A stretch of DNA of 64,000 bases from a virus (IMGVR_UViG_3300024262_000013), one strand, 5' to 3'; shown: positions 28,269-38,832, counted from the stretch's first letter. The notes: generated from the letters alone by a model not told the origin. Made by a program: numbers and translations.

Positions 28269-28302
28269 AGTAAAATACCTATACTTATTAAAAAAATGTA
28301 TT

Positions 28303-28551
28303 ATGGGAATTAAAAGCGAAAAAATTAAAGGTAAATTAATTATTAATGAGATTGAATCATCTAACCTTAAGAAAACAGTTTACGACACTTCAGACCAAAA
28401 ACTATTAGTTACATTTAAAAATGGTATGGAGTATGAATATGAGAAAGTACCACATTCAATGTATACTAAATTTAGAATGGCAGAATCACAAGGGGGATTC
28501 TTTAATAAAGAGATAGGTAAGAAATACAAATATAAAAAAATAACAAAGTAA
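28303..28551 (+). CDS. KTSC-domain protein
   Basis: ESSNL...YD...LLVTFKNG..YEY..VP...F..AES.G.FFNKEI pattern. Confidence 0.9.
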   Translation: MGIKSEKIKGKLIINEIESSNLKKTVYDTSDQKLLVTFKNGMEYEYEKVPHSMYTKFRMAESQGGFFNKEIGKKYKYKKITK

Positions 28552-28572
28552 TAAAACTTACTATTTATATGT

Positions 28573-29316
28573 ATGGATAAGATAATATCTAGTTTTAATG
28601 TTAAGGACGAATTAAATCCAGTAATATGGGAAAACCCTGAAGACCCTTCAAATGCGAAGATGGTTGAGGAAGTTCGTTTACAATTAATTGAAATTGCAAA
28701 TAAATTTATTGAGTTTTTAAACTATGATATTTTTATTCAAGATATTACAATGACAGGTTCATTAGCTAACTATAATTGGTCAGAATTTTCAGATGTAGAT
28801 TTACATGTTATGTATGACTTTAACGAGTCAGGTGACCAAAAAGAAATCTTTCAAGATTTATTTAAACTAAAGAAAACCTTATTCAATTCAACTCATGATA
28901 TAACAGTGAAGGGTTATGAGGTTGAGTTATATGTTCAAGATACTAATGAACCACATATATCTACAGGTGTTTACTCAGTTTTATTTGATGAATGGTTAGT
29001 GGAACCAACTAAAGAAGATATTAACATCAATCAAAAAATTATTAAAGATAAGGTAGAGCAATGGAAAGACATTATAGACTTAGTCATTGATGATGTAGAA
29101 AATTCAGATGAAGATTTAGAGTTATCTTTAGAAAAAATACAAAAAGTAAAAGATAGATTAAAAAAATATAGAGGTTGTGGTCTTGAGAAAGAAGGTGAGT
29201 ATGCGTATGAAAACTTAGTCTTTAAATACTTAAGAAGAAATGGATATATACAAAAATTATTTGAATTTCAAAATAAAATAGTTGATAGGAATCTATCATT
29301 ATCCGAACAAAAATAA
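28573..29316 (+). CDS. DNA pol beta-superfamily nucleotidyltransferase
   Basis: TGSLANYNWSEFSDVDLHV and a later VELYV strand. Confidence 0.8.
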   Translation: MDKIISSFNVKDELNPVIWENPEDPSNAKMVEEVRLQLIEIANKFIEFLNYDIFIQDITMTGSLANYNWSEFSDVDLHVMYDFNESGDQKEIFQDLFKLKKTLFNSTHDITVKGYEVELYVQDTNEPHISTGVYSVLFDEWLVEPTKEDININQKIIKDKVEQWKDIIDLVIDDVENSDEDLELSLEKIQKVKDRLKKYRGCGLEKEGEYAYENLVFKYLRRNGYIQKLFEFQNKIVDRNLSLSEQK

Positions 29317-29389
29317 ACTATAATTGTGTCGTAAGATAAGAAAAAATGGAAATTCTTAACTTACGATATATTTATTATAAAAAACTATT

Positions 29390-29548
29390 ATGGCACAAAC
29401 TGGATGTACATCGACACAATACACGATTCCCATAAGTGGGAGCACCTCTTTTACACCAATGCATGCGACATATGTGAACGATAAAAATGAGTCAATAACT
29501 CAATGCACCACTGTTAGATTAGGTGGAATTAATGGGTTATTTAGTTAA
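29390..29548 (+). CDS. small 52-aa late protein missed by the ORF track
   Basis: MAQTGCTSTQYTIPISGSTSFTPMHATYVNDKNESITQCTTVRLGGINGLFS; TATTTAT at 29369. Confidence 0.7.
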   Translation: MAQTGCTSTQYTIPISGSTSFTPMHATYVNDKNESITQCTTVRLGGINGLFS

Positions 29549-29577
29549 AAATTAAAAATTATTAAAAATATAGAGAT

Positions 29578-30795
29578 ATGGCAGATTTAAAACCTCTAGG
29601 TAGTGAAAAATTAGAAGGTCAAGAACAAATTAAAAGAATTCTTGAGATTTCTAACTATGGTTCAAAACCCACTACTTTAAGTGAAAGTAAAAACTCCAAA
29701 GCCGAATATTCAATTCAAATGGCGGATGGAAAGTACTATGGTATTGTTAAAGAAAAATTAGGATACGTAGTAAAGGTTGGTATAAGTGAATCGGAACTCG
29801 ATTACAATGAACCTATGCAAAACCGTAAACATCACAAATCTTTTTCTCAAGCTATGAAAAAAGTAAATCTAATTGCAGGTGAACTTAATAGAATACATGA
29901 GAATACTGAAGGCGTTAACATAATAGGTGAACAAAAGAAATTTGTTCTTAAAACACCTACGCCTGAGGTGGATGTTGACATTAATGTTGATGAACCCACA
30001 TTAGAACCTGAATTAGATTTAGATTTAGATTTAGATGCTGAGATGGGAGCACCATCGAGTGACGATGAATTAGACTTAGACATGGAGTTAGACAGTGAAG
30101 AAGATATCGATTTAGATATTGAAGAACCTACTGATGGTGAAGACGATGATGAAGGTTCATTTAGAATGATTCAGAAATTGACTGGTAAGTTAGGTCAAAA
30201 ACTTAGAACTTATGATAAAAATCAAGGATTATCTTCAGAAGATATTAAGTATGTGTTAAATTCAATCATATCTGCAGTTGAATTAAATAAACTTTCTGAG
30301 GAAGATAAAGAGGATATTTTAGCTAATTTTGAAGAAGACGAAACTGATTATGATATGGAAGGTGAAGTTGATATTGATGTAGAGTCGAATGATGATGATT
30401 TAGATATGGATTTAGATTTAGATTTAGATATGGAAGAACCAATATCTGATGAAGAATTATCTGAAGATGATAGTATGACTTCAATGGTGGATGAAATATT
30501 TGCTGAGTCTAAAATTGATAAAGTATTAGAAAAGTACTTTGTTGTGACTGAAGGTGAGAAAAAAATTACTGATTCAAAAAATATTAAAAAATTCTTAACA
30601 GAAAAAATTAATAATGTTTCAGTTAAGAAAGAAATAAAAAAACTATCCGAAAGTGTAGAACAAGAATTAACTTCAGAGTTTTTAATGAAGGAAAATACTA
30701 ACATTAAATTTTTAGGTAAAACAAATAAAGGAAATTTAGTATTCGAAGCTAACGGTAAACAATTTAAAGTATCTTCTAAAGGTGAATTACTATGA
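29578..30795 (+). CDS. acidic putative head/scaffold-associated protein
   Basis: 405 aa with DLDLD tracts, in the operon upstream of the terminase. Confidence 0.75.
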   Translation: MADLKPLGSEKLEGQEQIKRILEISNYGSKPTTLSESKNSKAEYSIQMADGKYYGIVKEKLGYVVKVGISESELDYNEPMQNRKHHKSFSQAMKKVNLIAGELNRIHENTEGVNIIGEQKKFVLKTPTPEVDVDINVDEPTLEPELDLDLDLDAEMGAPSSDDELDLDMELDSEEDIDLDIEEPTDGEDDDEGSFRMIQKLTGKLGQKLRTYDKNQGLSSEDIKYVLNSIISAVELNKLSEEDKEDILANFEEDETDYDMEGEVDIDVESNDDDLDMDLDLDLDMEEPISDEELSEDDSMTSMVDEIFAESKIDKVLEKYFVVTEGEKKITDSKNIKKFLTEKINNVSVKKEIKKLSESVEQELTSEFLMKENTNIKFLGKTNKGNLVFEANGKQFKVSSKGELL

Positions 30796-31202
30796 ATTTA
30801 GTTTATGTAAATGAACTAGGTCCTAACTATAAGGGGGATAATATATATGAATTCATATTTTCAGATGTTAAAGAAGTATGGGGAGACGAATGGGATGCAC
30901 AGCCAGCTAATGGTAACCCTTCACCACCCAATATTCAATTTATAAAAAAGGTGGGAGTATTAAAGAATGTGGGTATTGATTTACATTTAATACAAGAATC
31001 GGACTTTTTCGGGGTGTATGATGCTATTGATGGTGTTATATCATTAGCTTGGGAAAACGAAGATAGTGACTCTATTATAAATGATAAATTAAAGAGATTA
31101 GTTTTTAGTTACGGAGAAAGTGTTAAATCTGTGGAAGATAAACTATACGAAAGAGATATCGTATTAAGCTATGAAAAAAGTTTTATTGAGCATGAGCAGT
31201 AA
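30792..31202 (+). CDS. hypothetical protein
   Basis: 136 aa with an ATGA overlap. Confidence 0.75.
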   Translation: MNLVYVNELGPNYKGDNIYEFIFSDVKEVWGDEWDAQPANGNPSPPNIQFIKKVGVLKNVGIDLHLIQESDFFGVYDAIDGVISLAWENEDSDSIINDKLKRLVFSYGESVKSVEDKLYERDIVLSYEKSFIEHEQ

Positions 31203-32340
31203 ATTTAAAATAATGGACTTACTTAAAGAAGGTTTTAAAATAAACACTCTTAAAAAGTTAGATGGAAAACAATTAAGTGTTTTACATAAAAAAATAGTTA
31301 AGGAACAAAACTCAACTTCTGAAAAACCAAAAGAAATTATAAAAGACCTTACAACGGCCAATCAATTAGCACAAAAATTATCTAATGAATTAGGTGAAGA
31401 AGAGTTAAACGAATGGGGTAGTTCAGACCAAAATGTGTTTAATGGTTATATCCATTCCGAATTAGGTGAACCTGAACGAATGCCAAGCCCTTTTAGTCCC
31501 GATTTAGACAATGCTGCTGAAGAAGCGGTAGATAGATACTGGGACGATTGGGAAGAATACCAAACAGATAGACAAGGTTTGATTGATAACGCTAAACGCG
31601 GTTACTTAAGAAGTTATTTTAGAGATAATTTTAATATGTTAGTTAAAATGTTTGAACCGGCAAAGGAAGTTGACCCCTATGATGTGGATATTAATTTAGA
31701 TGATAGTGAACTATCCGAAGATAAAGATGCTGACAATTCTTTAGAAAAAGAGTCAGGATATAATCCTTACGCGGGTAATAGTCCGGGTAATACTGAAGGA
31801 CCAGCCGGAAATAATCCTAGTGATGATAGTGACGGAATGGGTATATTTGAGGAGAATAAGGGTAAAAAGAAAAAAAGTAAGAAAATTGAAACCTCTATTA
31901 TTCGACCCGCATTTTATACTTTAGGTATGTTTGAGGAGGATAATGAATATGCTATCTGTATGGATAGTATACAAGGTAAGTATGGGCCTAAAAAATCATG
32001 GAAGAAAAATGTTGAGAAAAAATTTGATGCTTGTGTTAGTAGTGTTGGTAAAGATTTAAAGGAACATAAGAGAAAAGTTAGGCAAATTGAAGAAAGTATT
32101 GTATCTTTGATAAAAAATACCAATAAACCTTCGATGACTAAAAAAGACTTAATTAATATGGTTGAACAGACACCAGGAACTAAAGAAGCCCCAGTAAAAA
32201 CACCTACCCGTACTAAACCTGACCGAAAGTCACCATACAAACCTAAACATAAGCCAGCACCTAAAGCTAAGGTGGGGGATACTGATTTACCTGACTTTCT
32301 TAAGTTTGATAATCTAAATATATCATTCAAAGATGAGTAA
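31192..32340 (+). CDS. hypothetical virion-type protein
   Basis: Likely start MSSKFKIMDLLKE; Pro/Lys-rich C-terminus. Confidence 0.7.
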   Translation: MSSKFKIMDLLKEGFKINTLKKLDGKQLSVLHKKIVKEQNSTSEKPKEIIKDLTTANQLAQKLSNELGEEELNEWGSSDQNVFNGYIHSELGEPERMPSPFSPDLDNAAEEAVDRYWDDWEEYQTDRQGLIDNAKRGYLRSYFRDNFNMLVKMFEPAKEVDPYDVDINLDDSELSEDKDADNSLEKESGYNPYAGNSPGNTEGPAGNNPSDDSDGMGIFEENKGKKKKSKKIETSIIRPAFYTLGMFEEDNEYAICMDSIQGKYGPKKSWKKNVEKKFDACVSSVGKDLKEHKRKVRQIEESIVSLIKNTNKPSMTKKDLINMVEQTPGTKEAPVKTPTRTKPDRKSPYKPKHKPAPKAKVGDTDLPDFLKFDNLNISFKDE

Positions 32341-33604
32341 AAAAGTAAGAGAACAAATCGAGTATGATGGACCTGAAAGAATGGACCAAGGAATTCAATC
32401 CAAATTAGAGAAAGGCGAAACTCCTATGTCTGATAACCCAGGTTTACCACGAAAAGACGATGATGAACTTGATAATTCTTTTGAACAATTAATTGCCTCC
32501 AAAAGGTTTCGTGATGTGATTGAGAAAGTTAAGAGATATACAGGTGTTGACGATGTTACACCTAATCAACTCATGAACTTACAAGGTATGATGATGCAGG
32601 CAGTTCAAGATGTTAAACAAATAGAATCGAGTAATGAAGGTTATTTAGAACAATTAGCCGTTAATTTAGTAAAGAAAGAATTATCTATACCTGATGACGC
32701 GTTTCAATATGATGTAGAGTTAACTTCTATGCCAGGACAAATAGATATGTCAGGTATGAAGAAAGATTCTGAAGAACCTGAAGATGAAGACGTTATCGAA
32801 CAATTTGGAGTAAGTGAAGACCAAGCCGAAGATGATTTAGAAAATTTTATGGCTGCTTTTGAAAAATTTGATTTAGAAAAGGCAAAAAGACGTTTTATTA
32901 ATTCATTAATACAAGGAGCGTCTAAAAAGGGACATTACATGTTTCACTTAGTTAAAGAAGAGTTAGAAAAAATAGACCCTAAATTATTAAATCTTTATGG
33001 TGTATTAATGTCGGTAAATGATTTACTATACTGGATATTACCAGATGAGATGGTAATGAAAGCGGCTGAAAGTGGACAGGGAATGGAAGGTAAAGAAGAA
33101 GTTGATGATACAACGGACCCACCCACCATTAGAGCTAAGGGATTATTCTTCCCAATACTTGTACACGAACTTTTAAAGGGTGTTTACGAGGTTTTCGGAA
33201 CTCAGGGGTTACCTGATGACCCTAAAGCCGCAGGAATGGTTATGGCATCCCAAGACACCTTACCTTACGAAATATGGGATTTACGTTTAGGTCCTGTAAT
33301 TTGGGAAAAATTTATGGAATCATATCCTGAAAAATTATATGATGAAGACCTGAGAGAAATACAAAATTATTTATTCTCAAGATTTTCATCTTTAACTACT
33401 GATGAATTTTTTGATGTGGCTAAAATGATTATGTCAGGTTCAAGTGATGGTAAAAAAATTGTATCTAAGATGGTGGATGAGATTATAGATGAATTAAAAT
33501 CTCAAGATTATGAAGATGCAATATCACAGTATGACGATGATGATGACGATGAGGATGATGGTCTTGCGGGTCTTTTAGACGGGTTGGGTATTTCTTTATC
33601 ATAA
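32333..33604 (+). CDS. hypothetical protein upstream of the terminase
   Basis: 423-aa ORF coupled to the upstream gene. Confidence 0.75.
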   Translation: MSKKVREQIEYDGPERMDQGIQSKLEKGETPMSDNPGLPRKDDDELDNSFEQLIASKRFRDVIEKVKRYTGVDDVTPNQLMNLQGMMMQAVQDVKQIESSNEGYLEQLAVNLVKKELSIPDDAFQYDVELTSMPGQIDMSGMKKDSEEPEDEDVIEQFGVSEDQAEDDLENFMAAFEKFDLEKAKRRFINSLIQGASKKGHYMFHLVKEELEKIDPKLLNLYGVLMSVNDLLYWILPDEMVMKAAESGQGMEGKEEVDDTTDPPTIRAKGLFFPILVHELLKGVYEVFGTQGLPDDPKAAGMVMASQDTLPYEIWDLRLGPVIWEKFMESYPEKLYDEDLREIQNYLFSRFSSLTTDEFFDVAKMIMSGSSDGKKIVSKMVDEIIDELKSQDYEDAISQYDDDDDDEDDGLAGLLDGLGISLS

Positions 33605-33624
33605 AAAAAACTTATTATGTATAG

Positions 33625-35397
33625 ATGGGACTATCAAGAGAGCAGGCTTTATTGGAATACGCGAAGTGTATAAAAGATACCCCTTACGCTTTAAAAACCT
33701 ATTTACAAACTTACGATAACACACAGTCACAGTACGTACCTTTAGAATTATTTTCAGACCAAAAAACCCTTATCAACGACTATGATAATTATGAGGAAAA
33801 TATAGCCTTAAAGTATAGACAGGCAGGTGTTTCAACGGTCACTGCTGCGTGGGCATCTAAAAAAGTAGTTACCGCATCTAAGAAAAAACCCGAAAAAGTA
33901 CTGATTATTGCCAATAAATTAGATACTTCCCAAGAATTCGCTAATAAAGTTAGAAGTTTTATTGACCAATGGCCAACATGGTTTGGTATCTCATATTCTA
34001 ATGAGAAAAATTCACAAAGACATTTTAAGTTGTCAAATGGTTGTGAGGTTAAAGCAGTTGCAACTTCAAAAGATGCCCTTCGTGGGTACACACCAACCAT
34101 ACTTATTTTTGATGAGGCGGCTTTTATCGACGCTGATGATGACTTTTGGTCGGCGTGTATGGCATCTTTGTCTACAGGAGGTAAAGTAATAGTTATATCA
34201 ACACCTAACGGATTTGACCCGATATATTATACAATTTACGACCAAGCCTTAAGAGGTATGAACGATTTTAAAATTACAGAAATGTACTGGTATCGTGACC
34301 CTCGATACTCCAAAGACTTACAACTTATTAAATGTAATGATATTATACACTATATGTTAAATCGTGATGATTATGATGACAATAAAATAATAATTAGATA
34401 CGGAGATATTGACCCTCGTGAAAGGGATTACGAGGATATTAAATTAAAATTAGCAAATGGATACAAAGTTTATTCTCCATGGTTCGAAGGTATGGCTAAA
34501 AAACTTAAATTTGATAGAAGAAAAATCTCACAGGAATTAGAATGTAATTTCTTAGGTTCAGGAGATAACGTGATTCCAAGTAGTACTATTGAGATTATGA
34601 AACAAAACTACATACAGGAACCAAAAAACAAATTTATAGGTGGTTCATTGTGGCAGTGGAAAGAACCAATAGCTAATCATAAATATATAATGGGTATTGA
34701 CGTATCTCGTGGAGATAGTGAAGATTATACCACATTTACCATTATTGATTTTGATACCAGGGAACAAGTTCTTGAATATTTAGGTAAAGTTCCTCCTGAT
34801 GTGGTTGCTGAGATAGCCTTTAAATGGGCAACTATGTATTCTGCATTTGTAGTGATTGATATTACAGGAGGTATGGGAGTGTCAACGTCAAGAAAATTAC
34901 AAGAATTAGGTTATAAAAATTTATATGTTGAAGGTATTAATGCCGCAGATAAATGGAAATATAATGTGAAGTCCATGGAGAAGATTCCGGGGTTAAATTT
35001 CAATAATAAACGTGTACAGATTGTTGCTTCATTTGAGGAGGCATTAAGACATAATTTTGAAATTCGTTCATCAAGACTTTTAAATGAGTTAAATACTTTT
35101 GTCTACGTAAACGGTAGACCTGACCACCAAAAGGGTCAACACGATGATTTAATTATGGCTATAGCTATGGCAATCTATGTTGGTGAGAACTCATTTACAC
35201 AATTAGAAAAAGTTACCAACCAAACTAAAGCCATGATGGAGAGTTGGTTAGTTAATGAGACACCAGTTAAAAACACTTCTAACGATTTTCATCCGAGTTT
35301 ATCGGCATTACCGGGAGGGATACACCACAACATAAACAGTGGACAGGCAACTAAACAAGACTATCAAGATAATTCTTGGTTATTTGGAAAATTTTAA
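33625..35397 (+). CDS. terL: terminase large subunit
   Basis: KYRQAGVST Walker A, ILIFDEAAF Walker B, ISTPNG coupling motif, IMGIDVSRG nuclease motif, HDD. Confidence 0.93.
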   Translation: MGLSREQALLEYAKCIKDTPYALKTYLQTYDNTQSQYVPLELFSDQKTLINDYDNYEENIALKYRQAGVSTVTAAWASKKVVTASKKKPEKVLIIANKLDTSQEFANKVRSFIDQWPTWFGISYSNEKNSQRHFKLSNGCEVKAVATSKDALRGYTPTILIFDEAAFIDADDDFWSACMASLSTGGKVIVISTPNGFDPIYYTIYDQALRGMNDFKITEMYWYRDPRYSKDLQLIKCNDIIHYMLNRDDYDDNKIIIRYGDIDPRERDYEDIKLKLANGYKVYSPWFEGMAKKLKFDRRKISQELECNFLGSGDNVIPSSTIEIMKQNYIQEPKNKFIGGSLWQWKEPIANHKYIMGIDVSRGDSEDYTTFTIIDFDTREQVLEYLGKVPPDVVAEIAFKWATMYSAFVVIDITGGMGVSTSRKLQELGYKNLYVEGINAADKWKYNVKSMEKIPGLNFNNKRVQIVASFEEALRHNFEIRSSRLLNELNTFVYVNGRPDHQKGQHDDLIMAIAMAIYVGENSFTQLEKVTNQTKAMMESWLVNETPVKNTSNDFHPSLSALPGGIHHNINSGQATKQDYQDNSWLFGKF

Positions 35398-35444
35398 ATG
35401 TTTAGTTTAATTCAAATAATGTTACTATTTATGTAAAAAGAAGT

Positions 35445-37307
35445 ATGGCAGAAAATTATACTATATGGCAAAGACTTACTAAGGTGTTTGGTCCTGACTC
35501 AACGTTAGACCAACAAGCCCCGGTATTTCAGTTTGATAAAAAAGAACTTTTAAAGACTCCTGATAAGAAAGAGTATGAGAGAGAGAAACTTCAAGCCCAA
35601 CAAACTCTTTATCTTGGTCAACAATGGCAAAAAATTGAGAATAACTTATACACTCAAGCGGTATATTACGAACCAACTAGATTAGCTTCATTTTATGATT
35701 ATGAGAGTATGGAATATACTCCTGAAATATCTGCAGCCTTAGATATCTACGGTGAAGAATCAACAACCGTGAACGAAGATGGGCATATACTACAGATATA
35801 TTCTGAAAGTAAGAGGATTAAATCAATTCTTGGTGACTTATTTAACAATAGACTCGACATTAGTACTAACCTACCTATGTGGACAAGAAATACTTGTAAA
35901 TACGGCGATAACTTTGTTTACCTTAAGTTAGACCCTGAAAAGGGAGTTATGGGTGTACAACAACTACCTAACATTGAAATCACTCGTCAAGAACGAGGAA
36001 TGAAAATGAAACCAGAACGTAACAGTGTCGATAGTGAGAATGATGCTCTTAAATTTTTATGGCAAAATAAAGATATGGTACTGAATACTTGGGAAATGGC
36101 TCACTTTAGATTATTAGGTGATGACCGTAAATTACCTTATGGTACCTCTATGTTAGAAAAGGCCAGGAGAATATGGAAACAACTAATATTATCTGAAGAC
36201 GCTATGTTAGTTTACCGAACATCAAGGGCTCCCGAAAGAAGAGTCTTTAAAGTTTTTGTTGGTAATATGGATGACAAAGACGTTGAACCGTATGTACAAA
36301 GAGTGGCAAATAAATTTAAAAGAGACCAAGTAGTCGATTCTACAAATGGTAATGTTGATTTAAGGTATAATCAAATGGCGGTTGACCAAGATTATTTTAT
36401 ACCTGTTCGTGATGCTAACGCTCCGAATCCAATAGATACTTTACCAGGTGCACAAAATTTATCTGAAATCGCGGATATTGAGTATATTCAGAAAAAATTA
36501 TTAACCGCTCTTAGAGTACCTAAGGCATTCTTAGGGTTTGAAGAAGTAGTCGGTGACGGTAAAAATTTAGCATTACAAGATATTAGATTCGCTCGTACAA
36601 TCAATAGAATTCAAAAATCTATGATTCAAGAATTAAATAAGATAGCAATCATTCATTTATACTTATTAGGTTTTGAAGATGAATTAAATAACTTTACATT
36701 AGGTTTAACTAACCCATCAACACAAGCTGATTTACTTAAGGTGGAGCAATGGCAACAAAAAGTAGCTCTTTATCGTGACGCGGTATCTGACCCAGGAAAT
36801 GGGATTCAACCAGTATCTTCTTCATGGGCTAAGAAACATATTTTAGGTTTTTCAGATGAAGAAATTAAACTTGATTTACAACAACAAAGAATTGAAAAGG
36901 CGGTTGGAGCCGAATTAGAGAAAACTTCTGAAACAATTAGTAAGACAGGTATATTTGCAAATATCGATAAGTTATACGGCGACAAACCTGGTGAAGGTGG
37001 AGCACCTGAAGGTGAAGTAACTGAACCGTCAGACACAGGATTTGGTTCCGATGGAGGTGGTAGTGATTTTGGAGGTGACTTAGGTAGCGACTTAGGTAGC
37101 GACTTAGGTAGTGACTTAGGTGATACCGGTGGAGATACCGGTGGAGATACCGGTGGAGAGGTAACACCTGAAGGTATTAATGAAAAAGACTTAAATATGA
37201 TATTAGAAAATGATATGGTAACGGGTATTTCTGAAATAGATTTATCAAAAGGTAGAGTATCTTTAGGTAAAATCGAAGATGAACTAAGAACATTACTAGA
37301 TAGTTAA
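35445..37307 (+). CDS. portal protein (T4 gp20-like)
   Basis: YESMEYTPEISAALDIY, YRTSRAPERRVFK, DYFIPVR and IDTLPGAQNL motifs. Confidence 0.92.
   Translation: MAENYTIWQRLTKVFGPDSTLDQQAPVFQFDKKELLKTPDKKEYEREKLQAQQTLYLGQQWQKIENNLYTQAVYYEPTRLASFYDYESMEYTPEISAALDIYGEESTTVNEDGHILQIYSESKRIKSILGDLFNNRLDISTNLPMWTRNTCKYGDNFVYLKLDPEKGVMGVQQLPNIEITRQERGMKMKPERNSVDSENDALKFLWQNKDMVLNTWEMAHFRLLGDDRKLPYGTSMLEKARRIWKQLILSEDAMLVYRTSRAPERRVFKVFVGNMDDKDVEPYVQRVANKFKRDQVVDSTNGNVDLRYNQMAVDQDYFIPVRDANAPNPIDTLPGAQNLSEIADIEYIQKKLLTALRVPKAFLGFEEVVGDGKNLALQDIRFARTINRIQKSMIQELNKIAIIHLYLLGFEDELNNFTLGLTNPSTQADLLKVEQWQQKVALYRDAVSDPGNGIQPVSSSWAKKHILGFSDEEIKLDLQQQRIEKAVGAELEKTSETISKTGIFANIDKLYGDKPGEGGAPEGEVTEPSDTGFGSDGGGSDFGGDLGSDLGSDLGSDLGDTGGDTGGDTGGEVTPEGINEKDLNMILENDMVTGISEIDLSKGRVSLGKIEDELRTLLDS
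37077..37157 (+). repeat. two adjacent 12-nt tandem arrays (DLGS x4, DTGG x3)
   Basis: GACTTAGGTAGC and GATACCGGTGGA units. Confidence 0.85.
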
Positions 37308-37327
37308 TATTTATAATAAAAACAGTT

Positions 37328-38062
37328 ATGGATAAATTCGGACAAATAAAATCAAATATAGAATCTTTAATGACTAAGTCATATGGTAAAAATTCGTTTA
37401 AAACCAATATAAGGTCATTTAAAAGCCATATTATTAAAAACGAAAAACTTGCTGAAGCGTATTTTTTATATGATGAACTTTCTAAAAAGAAAGGTCTCTC
37501 AAAAGACATCGTAGATGATTATGTAAATGAATGTATTGAGAAAATAAAAGATATACTAACAACTGAATCCACTAAACTTAAAGAAGTTAATATGTGGGTT
37601 TCTGAAAGCTTAGAAAAAGAAACAATTAATCAATACTCGGATATTGATACTGTTGTTTATATTAATTCGGTAAGAAAACTTGAGGAAGTTTTAGAATGTA
37701 AAAATAACATAAAAAAGATATTAGGTGAGAATAAAGAAGTTTTAAACGTAACTGAATCGATTAACATTCCTTTAAGTTCTATGTTAAAAATTGCAACTAA
37801 CACTTTTAATCGTGAGTATGGTGACATTAGTGAAGAAGAAAAAAAAGAATTAAAAAATCTTTTATCATTGTCTAAAACTGAATTAACTGAAGAAATAACT
37901 ATTTCTAAAGGTGTTGTATTAAAAAAGTTAACTGAAAAAGTTAATGAATCGAACGATGAGGATTTAAATAATAGAGTTAATGAAACCATTAATAGGATTA
38001 ATGAGTCCGAAATATCTTTAACCTCTTTATATAAATTAAGACAATTAGAGCAAGGGTTATAA
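37328..38062 (+). CDS. hypothetical head-module protein
   Basis: 244 aa; TATTTATA at 37308. Confidence 0.75.
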   Translation: MDKFGQIKSNIESLMTKSYGKNSFKTNIRSFKSHIIKNEKLAEAYFLYDELSKKKGLSKDIVDDYVNECIEKIKDILTTESTKLKEVNMWVSESLEKETINQYSDIDTVVYINSVRKLEEVLECKNNIKKILGENKEVLNVTESINIPLSSMLKIATNTFNREYGDISEEEKKELKNLLSLSKTELTEEITISKGVVLKKLTEKVNESNDEDLNNRVNETINRINESEISLTSLYKLRQLEQGL

Positions 38063-38094
38063 CCCTACATAACATATAAAATAAAAAAAAGGGT

Positions 38095-38286
38095 TCAGTT
38101 TTCTGAATCCTTTATTTTTTGTATATAAATTGCTTTTTGTTTCTCTTTTCTTCTCTTAGTGGACTTTTTAGTGTACTCTTTTTGCTCACGAAGTCTATTT
38201 AACTGTTTAGTTTTATAAACTTTATTTTTCCACCTTTTAAGTGCTCTATCGATATTTTCTTTACTACCTATTTTAATTATAATCAT
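38095..38286 (-). CDS. rpsU: 30S ribosomal protein bS21
   Basis: ENIDRALKRWK...LREQKEYTKKSTKRR...KAIY; minus-strand TATTTAT at 38302-38308. Confidence 0.9.
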   Translation of the reverse strand: MIIIKIGSKENIDRALKRWKNKVYKTKQLNRLREQKEYTKKSTKRRKEKQKAIYIQKIKDSEN

Positions 38287-38394
38287 ATATTACTTATTAT
38301 AATAAATAGATTCACTTTATCAATATTTTGACTACCGACCTTTTTATGGTTATATTTTCGTAGAACAAATAAACAATAGATATTATGAATTTAT

Positions 38395-38832
38395 ATGAAA
38401 AAAGGAAAAACATCCCAGTTATCGGGATACAAAAACGCAAAGTGTAGTTATGGTACAGTAGACGCAAAAAAATTAAAATCGGTTTATATCCTAATACAGA
38501 GTTGGGTAGAACCAGTGGTTAATGTAGACAATTGGTCACGAACCACAGGAATGTTAGAAAGAAATATTAAACATCATTTATTAGAGGTAGTTGACCCACT
38601 AATATTTGAAAAACACAATATAGTTGATTTAGATTTAAGGAGTAGTGGTATACAATTAGGTAAAAGAAGTTTTATGAATTTGGAAGTAACTTTATTTGTA
38701 AAAGAAGAATTAGACTTTAAATCTATCATATTAAGAGATAGAGTAAAACAAATAGTAAATACACTTTATGGGTATCCATTAATGAAATCTAAACATTTCA
38801 TATTACATAAAACTAAAAAACAAACAGTTTAA
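38395..38832 (+). CDS. hypothetical protein
   Basis: 145 aa; TTGACT-N17-TATATT upstream. Confidence 0.75.
   Translation: MKKGKTSQLSGYKNAKCSYGTVDAKKLKSVYILIQSWVEPVVNVDNWSRTTGMLERNIKHHLLEVVDPLIFEKHNIVDLDLRSSGIQLGKRSFMNLEVTLFVKEELDFKSIILRDRVKQIVNTLYGYPLMKSKHFILHKTKKQTV

Noticed and set aside
30010-30432. GATTTA repeats (DLDLDL)
   Set aside because: Low-complexity acidic linker coding with no independent DNA-level function evident.
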